In this document: positions 10,951 through 18,484 of the stretch, in pieces | Layout of the letters: the number at the start of each line of letters is the position of its first letter | Numbering within the stretch: position 1 is the stretch's first letter | Assembly (NCBI RefSeq): GCF_006345805.1 | Contig: NW_021824456.1 | Location: forward strand, 1-18,484 | Length of the DNA stretch: 18,484 nt | Origin: Octopus sinensis | Lineage: Eukaryota | Reading direction: 5' to 3' | The notes under the pieces: generated by a model | Databases searched by the model: none | Seen by the model: only the letters and a program-made list of their open reading frames with translations | Told to the model about the DNA's origin: nothing | Position numbers and translations under genes: made by a program

Positions 10951-11689
10951 CATCTGTTCATCTGTCAATCTACTTATTTACCTATCTGTCTATATAATAT
11001 TCTATATGATATTATGCATATGCCCACGGCCTTTCCAAGTCTATAAAACAAGTTCCTTTTATTTGCACGGTTGTCGTATATATGAGTATTGTGCGCTGAT
11101 GTTTCTTCGCATATATATTGTGTTTTATGTCCTACTTGCATATATAAGGCGTAGCTTTTCAACAGAGTAAATGCAGAACGAAGGAGAAAGAGAGAAGAAC
11201 TGGTAGACTCAATTGTGCGCCAGTAACAATTTCCAGTATATAGTAGCGAGGAACAATTGACTGATATCTTCCACACAAACACCAATCCAACCAACCAAAT
11301 GACCAAATATCAGGCATTTGAAACGAAAATAAATGTTACCTTACATACTTCGGACCCACAGCTCATACAGTTAGGTAGGTGTTATGAAGACATCTAAAGG
11401 TGGGCGTTATGAAAGTAGGTGTTATGAAGACATCTGCCACATCTAAAAATCTAGTGTAAAAATGATACAACCCTATCAAAATATACCTGGTCACTATAGG
11501 AAGAAAACATGTTCTGCAACACTCAACGCCGTCATACTTACGCACTTGCACACATCTTTACACACACAAACATATACAACACAAACATATGCACACATCA
11601 CTTCCCCTTGTGCGCACTTACAAGCAACGGTACATTCTGATGCAGTCGTCTAAACAAACGCTCGTAACAACACCCCCTTCGACCAGCAT

Positions 11690-11960
11690 TCTCCTTCGTT
11701 TCTAACAATTTACATCTGCTTCCGACCAACCACACTTTTCCTTCATGATCTGTACACCTACTAGTTCTCTTTCACTCACTTCCAGTACATTTTTCTTTCC
11801 TTCCCTTTCTCTCTCGTTGTTTTAAGATGAAGAAATTACATCCGAAACGTGAAGACAGTGTCTTTTTTTTCTCTGAAGTGTTAAACTAACACCGTATTTG
11901 ACAAACTTTTTTTGTTTCTGTGTTGTTCTTTCCTTTGTTCATTGTCTTTTCATTACATGT
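11690..11960 (+). mobile_element. Degenerate Penelope-like terminal remnant
   Basis: A CT-rich tract is followed by gATGAAGAaattacatcCGAAACGTGaagac (11826-11856), a decayed hammerhead-like motif, and then a T-rich tail. The layout matches the element at 17195-17366. Confidence 0.4.
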
Positions 11961-12254
11961 ATGCTCGTACGTACGTACGTACGTATGCATGTGTGTGTGT
12001 ATTGTTGCATGCACGCTTCACTGCATCTACACGACTGCGAATGTGCAGTAGCTTATGCTGTCATCTGTCTAAATAACTCGGCAGTGCACATCGCATCTCT
12101 CTCTCTCTCTCTCTCTCCTTATATAACAGTAGCGTTAACCCTGCCGTGTGCATTATAATGCAATGAAGCGTGACATCTGCGGTTGACTGAAAAACCCAGT
12201 ATGAGAAAAATAAAGAAACGGGTGACTAATGTCTCCTTATATTTTTTTCTTTGT

Positions 12255-12510
12255 TTCTTTGTTGTTGTTGTTGTTATTGTTGCAATTTGTTCTTATTGTT
12301 GATGTTGCTACTGTTGTTGTTGTTGATCTTGTTGTTGCTGTGAATGGCTAGTGATATCGGTGTTCATTTTTATGGTGATGATGACGATAATGATGATGAA
12401 GTTGATAATAACAATAATAATCATGATGGTGGTGGTGGTGGTAGTTGTCATGGTGATAACGATGATATTGGCGAAGATGATGATAGTGATGCTGCTGCTG
12501 CTGATGGTGT
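12255..12510. repeat. Compound trinucleotide tract (TTG)n/(GAT)n/(GGT)n/(GCT)n
   Basis: Direct inspection. Confidence 0.85.
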
Positions 12511-12672
12511 TTTTATTGTTCTCAATGCCATGCGTTGTTAATCATGTGTGCATACATGATTAACAATATCTCCAGTTGTCTTCCCTTGTTTACCCAGGGC
12601 TTTTTTTTTTTTGCTTGACCGAATTTCTAACGAAGAGAAACAGAGAAAGCAAAAAGAAAGGAGAGGGAGAGA

Positions 12673-12740
12673 GAGAGGAAGAGAGCAAGAAAGATAAACA
12701 GAGAGGAAGAGAGCAAGAAAGATAAACAGAGAGGAAGAGA
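12673..12740. repeat. 28-bp tandem repeat, ~2.4 copies (gagaggaagagagcaagaaagataaaca)
   Basis: Units start at 12673, 12701 and 12729. Confidence 0.85.
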
Positions 12741-12802
12741 TAAATAAGAGGCAGAGGAAACAAACACACATACATACATCCACAGTATGTGTCTACCATT
12801 CC

Positions 12803-12882
<80 letters not shown>

Positions 12883-12914
12883 GTCTGTCTATATGTCTGT
12901 CTGTCTGTCTGTCC

Positions 12915-12978
<64 letters not shown>

Positions 12979-13090
12979 GTCTGTCTATCTATCTGCCTGC
13001 CTGCCTGTCTGTTTGTCTGTCTGTCTGTCTGTGCCTCTCTATCTATATAATATTCCGTCTATCTCTGTATATTTGTCTCTCTCTCTCTCA

Positions 13091-13163
<73 letters not shown>

Positions 13164-13165
13164 AT
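12803..13165. repeat. (ATCT)n/(GTCT)n tetranucleotide microsatellite
   Basis: Long ATCT runs, the source of the SIYL-repeat ORFs. Confidence 0.95.
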
Positions 13166-13493
13166 CTAACAATAAAATCATATGTCTACCTGTCTGTCTG
13201 TCTATCTATCTACTTCTCTGTCAGTCTAACTGTATGTCTGTCTACTTCTTGCTCTCTCGCTTTCTATAAATCTTTTATACAAGTTCTGTGTCTGTACACG
13301 TGTGTGGATGTGATCGTATCTATATGTGTATGTATTCGTTTGTGCGTATGAAGAGTAGGTGTAAAAAGATAGACAAAATATGAAGCTAGACAACAGGACA
13401 GATATATAGACAGACAGACAGATAGATAGGTATGTAGGTAGAGAGATAAATAGATGGGTTGGTAGATAGATAGACAGATAGATAGGTAAGTAT

Positions 13494-13495
13494 AA

Positions 13496-13527
<32 letters not shown>

Positions 13528-13532
13528 GAGAG

Positions 13533-13587
<55 letters not shown>

Positions 13588-13660
13588 ACAGATATATGGA
13601 ATATATATATATTATATATATATATTATCTATATATATATATATATATACAGAGATATAG
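13494..13660. repeat. (TA)n(GA)n compound microsatellite
   Basis: Direct inspection. Confidence 0.9.
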
Positions 13661-14180
13661 ATTAGAGTAGAGAGGAAGAGAGATACAGAAAGAGAAGGTA
13701 AAGATAGTTATACATGTACATTATAAATTTATATAAAATTAATATCCAGTAACGCTGCCGTAATCTCCTTTAGAGAGACTTAGTAATTTTAATATTTCTA
13801 TTATAGAACACATATATTTGAATTTATTTGGAAAATAATAAAAATGAATTAAATTAAATAATCACAAATAGCAACAAAACCATGAAACTTATGTATGTAT
13901 GCATGCATGAATGCATGTATGTATGTACGTACGTATGTACGTATGTACGTATGTATGTATATATGCATGTATGTATGCATGTATGTGTTTACGATCAGGC
14001 ATATGTGCGGATGTTTGTACGCAAATGGCTGGTTATGACAAAAAACATGAGCAGAAGGAGAGAGGGGAGAATTAAGGTGATGAAAGTGTTATATTATTAC
14101 CTCACATCGAACGAAAAAATAAAATGAGGGAATAGAAAGAGTTTCATTTGTTGTTGTTGTTGTTGTTACTGGTCGCTTAG

Positions 14181-14436
14181 GAAGCATGGATGTTTTCAGC
14201 AGCATGCTTTAACCGATTTTTCAAGACAATAAGGAAAAAACATCCACGCATTTGTAAAGAACGACATCTTGAATTTAACAACGGTGTTCTGTCTACCATG
14301 GAGGACCGTCTACCAAATTGTAATGCTTCGAAGAACGTAAATAAAAATGGTAACGATTTGGTTGCAGTGAATCCTCCTCCTCCTCCTCCTCTTTCTCTTC
14401 CTCCTCCTCCTCCTCCTTCTGTGGATGCCCAGACAG
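14181..14436 (+). CDS. Candidate internal coding exon (EAWMFSAACFNRFFKTIRKKHPRICKERHLEF...PPPPPPLSLPPPPPPSVDAQT), product unknown
   Basis: A T-rich acceptor (...gtcgcttag|GAA) and a donor (CAG|GTAATT) bound a frame open for 85 codons. The sequence is mostly non-repetitive inside an otherwise repeat-saturated region. No family was recognised. Confidence 0.45.
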
Positions 14437-14458
14437 GTAATTGGTAAATGGTATTATA

Positions 14459-14667
14459 TTCTTCTTGTTGTTCTTGTTCTTGTTCTTGTTCTTCTTCTTC
14501 TTCTTCAATTTCTTCTTCTTCTTCTTCTTCAATTTCTTCTGCTTCTTCTTCTTCTTCTTCTTCTTCTTCTTCTTCTTCTTCTTCAATTTCTTCTGCTTCT
14601 TCTCTTCTTCTTCTTCTTCTTCTTCTTCTTCTTCTCTTCTTCTTCTTCTTCTTCTTCTTCTTCTTCT
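14459..14667. repeat. (TTC)n trinucleotide microsatellite with periodic interruptions
   Basis: TTC/CTT run with ttcaatttc interruptions three times. Source of the poly-E, -K, -S and -L ORFs. Confidence 0.95.
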
Positions 14668-14679
14668 CGCTATTATTAA

Positions 14680-14895
14680 GGCGGCGAGTTGGCAGAATCT
14701 CGTTAGCACGCCGGACGAAATGTTTTGCGGTATTTCGTCTGCGGTTACGTTCTGAGTTCAAATTCCACCGAGGTAGACTTTGCCGTTCATCCTTTATGGG
14801 TCGATAAATTAAGTACCAGTTAAGTACTGGGGTCGATCTAATCGACTGGTCCCCTCCTACCAAATTTTAGACCTTGTGGCTATAGTAGAAAGGAC
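14680..14895 (+). mobile_element. Family B SINE followed by a ~140-bp (TTA)n tail
   Basis: ggcggcgagttggcagaatc...gagttcaaattcc...gtcgataaattaagtaccagtt...ggggtcgatctaatcgac. (TTA)n spans about 14896-15038. Confidence 0.9.
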
Positions 14896-14959
<64 letters not shown>

Positions 14960-14970
14960 ATTTTTATTAC

Positions 14971-15039
<69 letters not shown>

Positions 15040-15262
15040 GGCGGCAACGTAGTAGAATCTTTAGCACGCCGGGAGAAATGCTTTGGGGTATTTCGTCTCC
15101 CGCCTCGTTCTGAGTTCAAATTCCGCCGAGGTCGACTTTGCCTTTCATCCTTTCGGGTTCGATAAATAAAATACCAGTTACGCATTAGAGGTCGATTCAA
15201 TCGACTGCTCCCTTCCTCCCCCCACAAAAAATTTCAAGGTCTAGTGCCTAGAGTAGAAATAA
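15040..15262 (+). mobile_element. Family B SINE followed by an (ATG)n/(TAA)n tract
   Basis: ggcggcaacgtagtagaatc...gagttcaaattccgccgaggtcgactttgcctttcatcctttcgggttcgataaat. Confidence 0.9.
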
Positions 15263-15296
15263 TTATGATGATGATGATAATAATAACAAAATAATG

Positions 15297-15367
<71 letters not shown>

Positions 15368-15370
15368 TAT

Positions 15371-15583
15371 GGCAAAGAGGCAGAATCGTTAGCACACCCA
15401 AGAGGCAGAATATTTAGCGGTATTTTGTCCGTCTCTACTTTCTGAGTTCAATTCCCGCCAAGGTCGACTTTACCTTTCATGCTTCTGGGATCGATACTCT
15501 AAGTACTATTTAAACACTGGTGTCGATGTAATCAATTTACATTTTTTCCCCAAATTGCTGGTTACGTGCCAAAGTTTGAAATC
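15371..15583 (+). mobile_element. Family B SINE
   Basis: ggcagaatcgttagcacacc...gagttcaattcccgccaaggtcgactttacctttcat...gatgtaatcaat...ccccaaattgctgg. Confidence 0.85.
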
Positions 15584-15606
15584 ATTCTGAGTGCTATTAT
15601 TATTAA

Positions 15607-15916
15607 GGCATCGATCAGACAGAACCGTTAGCACGCTTGAGAAAATGTTTAGCGGCATTTTCGTCCGTCGGGCTCGGTCCTTGAGCAAGACTCTTTTGTG
15701 CTGCTCCAGTCCACTCAGCTGGCAAAAACGAGTTGTACCTGTATTTCAAAAGGCCAGCCTTGTCAAATCCCATTGTTTCGTTGAATTACCATGAGGGCTT
15801 CGTTAAGGGTACGCTTGTATGTGGAGTGCTTAGCTAATTGCACGTTAATTTCATGAGCAGCCTGTTCCGTTGCTCGAAGCAACTGGAACCCATCTTGCGG
15901 TAACCGACGGAGAGCC
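15607..15916 (+). mobile_element. Mosaic SINE: family B head + CORE-like segment + family C-type 3' region
   Basis: A B-like head runs to about 15668. Next comes ccttgagcaagactc...gctccagtccactcagctg, resembling the family D middle. Then tgtacctgtatttcaaa...aaccgacggag matches about 2782-2960. Confidence 0.75.
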
Positions 15917-16099
15917 AGTTTTCTTTTTGTGAAAACATTATTTATTTTCATCACTTCCTAACCACTTTCATCTCATATTATATTCTGCTATAATTTTACT
16001 GGTTTTATTTATAAGACTGTGGCTACGGTGTAGCAACTTTTATAACAAAATGGTCGTTTATATAGATCCAAGTGCTTTATTGTTATTTATTTAATAGAT

Positions 16100-16192
16100 T
16101 GCTGGTCGTTGGGATTCTAATTCATCGGTTTCGAATATTGAATTATTGCAACGCATTCTGTCTACTGCGCTCTACCGATTCTGCCAGCGACC
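16100..16192 (-). mobile_element. Degenerate family B-related SINE head fragment
   Basis: The reverse complement contains gctggcagaatcggtagagcg...agaatgcgttgc. Confidence 0.5.
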
Positions 16193-16207
16193 ATACTGTT
16201 CAGAAGT

Positions 16208-16666
16208 CTCTTTTACTCTTTTACTATTTTTTAAAAACTTTTTTAGTCATTTGACTGTGGCCATGCTGGAGCACCGTCTTTATTAGACCAAATCGACCCC
16301 AGGGCTTATTCTTTGTAAGCCTATTACTTATTCTATCGGTCTCTTTTGGCGAACCGCTAATGTTACGGGGACATAAACACACCAGCATCGGTTGTCAAGC
16401 AATGTTGGGGACAAACACAGACACACAAACACATACACAAACACACACACACACACACACACAACCACACACACACACACATATATATATATACACATAG
16501 ATACGGCAGGCTACTTTCAGCTTCCGTCTACCAAATCCACTCACAAGGCTTTGGTCGTCCTGAGACTATAGTAGAAGACACTTGCCCAAGGTGCCACGCA
16601 GTGGGACTGAACCTGGAACCATGTGGTCCGTAAGGAAGCTACTTACCACACAGCCACTCCTACGCC
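16208..16666 (-). mobile_element. Family A SINE with internal (CA)n(TA)n
   Basis: Minus-strand head ggcgtaggagTGGCTGTGTGGtaag...aggttcagtcccactgcgtggcaccttgggcaagtgtctt. Homologous to the two other family A copies. Confidence 0.92.
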
Positions 16667-17194
16667 TAAAAAAGAAAAGGTCGACCACGACTTCGAAATT
16701 TATGTTCGCTCGATTTCATCCAACAGTCTGACGTAGGCCAATAAACAGAAACTTCGAAATCACCGGCAACCTTTACCATGTAAATGTGAGTACATACATA
16801 CATACATACATACATACATACATACATACATACATACATACACTCACATATATTAATATAACATTATAGTGTATAACCGTTTGGATTTGGTGCTTGCTTA
16901 TCAACGGTGTTTTTCTTCTCATGAACTATTATGAGGCGTACTATCTCTTTAACCCTGAGTAGTTAGTTGATGCCTCTGAGAGACAAGACCATACTGGTTA
17001 AATTTCGAAATCACGTGATAAGGTTTTGTCCAACTATTTCTTTTATGTGTTTTATCTCACAAGGTGTGCCCACTTCCCATAAATATAATGAGGTTAGTGT
17101 TTTTTGTGGCTTTTAGAGTTGAATTTTGACGCTCATTTGTAGCAATCACCGGTGCTATTTTGCGCTCTTCATTTCTTAATATATACATATATAT

Positions 17195-17366
17195 AGTTAG
17201 AATTACAAAAAGAAAAAAATAACAACAAAAAAACAAATAAGACAAAAGACGAAGACGGATGTGTAAACAACAAACAGATATATTAATTTAACGATCAGGA
17301 AGTGAGAAAGTCTTTTACGTTTCGAGTCTACGCTCTTCAACAGAAAGGAACACAGAAATAAACAGG
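17195..17366 (-). mobile_element. Short Penelope-like terminal fragment between (GA)n and (TA)n
   Basis: On the minus strand: a (CT)n tract, the hammerhead-like motif, a T-rich tail, then (TA)n. Confidence 0.55.
17312..17347 (-). ncRNA. Minimal type I hammerhead ribozyme-like motif (core variant CUGUUGA)
   Basis: The minus strand reads CUUU-CUGUUGA-A-GAG(CGUAGA)CUC-GAAAC-GUA-AAAG. Helix I is CUUU/AAAG, helix II is GAG/CUC, helix III is the palindrome ACGU, and the cleavage triplet is GUA. One core mismatch (A6U). Confidence 0.5.
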
Positions 17367-17414
<48 letters not shown>

Positions 17415-17618
17415 TTTAGTGGCTAGCGATCAATCATGGCGAATATATGTATATATATATATATGTGTGTAATTATATACATATATAATACACATACACA
17501 TACACATACACCTAAACATACCGATATTCATATGCATACATATTTCCCTACTTATCTATCTATCTATCTATACATACATACATACATATATACACACATA
17601 TATAAACATATATATATG

Positions 17619-17687
<69 letters not shown>

Positions 17688-17790
17688 GTGTGTGTGTGTA
17701 TATATATGTGTGTGTGTGTATATATATATGTTTATATATATGTGTGTATATATGTTTATAATCACACACTCTCTCACACACAGACACAAA
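17367..17790. repeat. (GA)n then compound (TA)/(CATA)/(CA)/(TG) microsatellites
   Basis: Direct inspection. Confidence 0.9.
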
Positions 17791-17914
17791 TGTGTGAGGC
17801 CAATGGGAACGCGTAATTTTTAACTGATAATCACGAAATTTTAAATACTGTTTGAATCATCGATCATACTGTTTTAAAATGCGATTGGGCTTAACAATTC
17901 CTTTTTCACTAAAG

Positions 17915-18075
17915 CTACCGTCTGCCCCCGACTCGCCAACCAAAGCAGCAAGCACATTCGATTCAAAGCGGACAACAATCACTACGAAAATATGCGGGCA
18001 ATCATATCTTTTCTATATCCGAGTGAAGAAGAGGAGACGAAATCGATGATGGCGATGATGATGATGATGAGATGA
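17915..18075 (+). CDS. Candidate terminal coding exon (TVCPRLANQSSKHIRFKADNNHYENMRAIISFLYPSEEEETKSMMAMMMMMR*)
   Basis: Branch-point-like CTTAAC (17890-17895), pyrimidine tract ttcctttttcact and AG at 17913-17914. Phase-1 entry matches the phase-1 exit of the 14181-14436 exon. The AAG acceptor is weak and all three frames stay open for a while. Confidence 0.3.
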
Positions 18076-18176
18076 TGATGATGACGATGAGGATGTGGAT
18101 GATGGTGATGTGGATGATGGCGATGATGATGATGAGATGATGATGATGACGATGATGATCAAGGCGATGATGATGC

Positions 18177-18220
<44 letters not shown>

Positions 18221-18303
18221 TTGATGATGATGTTGATGATGATGATGATGAGATGATGATGATGACGATGATGATCAAGGCGATGATGATGATGTGGATG
18301 ATA

Positions 18304-18338
<35 letters not shown>

Positions 18339-18340
18339 AG

Positions 18341-18371
<31 letters not shown>

Positions 18372-18379
18372 GATGTTGT

Positions 18380-18428
<49 letters not shown>

Positions 18429-18451
18429 GATGATGATGTTGATGATGGAAA
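18045..18451. repeat. (GAT)n trinucleotide microsatellite with higher-order block duplications
   Basis: The interrupted block gatgagatgatgatgatgacgatga recurs three times, and gatcaaggcgatgatgatg recurs twice. Confidence 0.95.
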
Positions 18452-18484
18452 TGACGATCGGGAGGACGACGACAAAGAAGGGTC

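Noticed and set aside
11040-11250. Hydrophobic stretch loosely resembling GPCR TM5-ICL3 (PFICTVVVYMSIVR...KEKERRTGRL)
   Set aside because: It has in-frame stops, no diagnostic motif and no convincing splice sites. AT-rich DNA gives such peptides by chance.

Overview
Eukaryotic, repeat-saturated DNA with no long protein-coding region. The tRNA-derived SINE families and the very high microsatellite density point to an octopus (cephalopod) genome; this is recognition from memory, not a database result. Nearly all ORFs in the supplied track are microsatellite artefacts. The window holds about 12 SINE copies or fragments from four recognisable families. These include a same-strand train of four copies linked by (TTA)n/(TAA)n tracts, one mosaic copy, and a head-to-head pair with a 12-bp TSD. 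A ~1.1 kb minisatellite is built on CGGAACTTTCCAGGAAGT, which carries overlapping HSE/STAT/ETS/kB-like motifs, and is followed by a perfect 10-bp hairpin (possible Helitron-type element). A ~2.4 kb partial tandem array of a ~0.9-1.06 kb unit resembles Penelope-like terminal repeats and appears to carry a GT-AG intron in each unit. A minimal type I hammerhead-like motif lies at 17312-17347 (-). Two candidate + strand coding exons (14181-14436 and 17915-18075) are splice-phase compatible.
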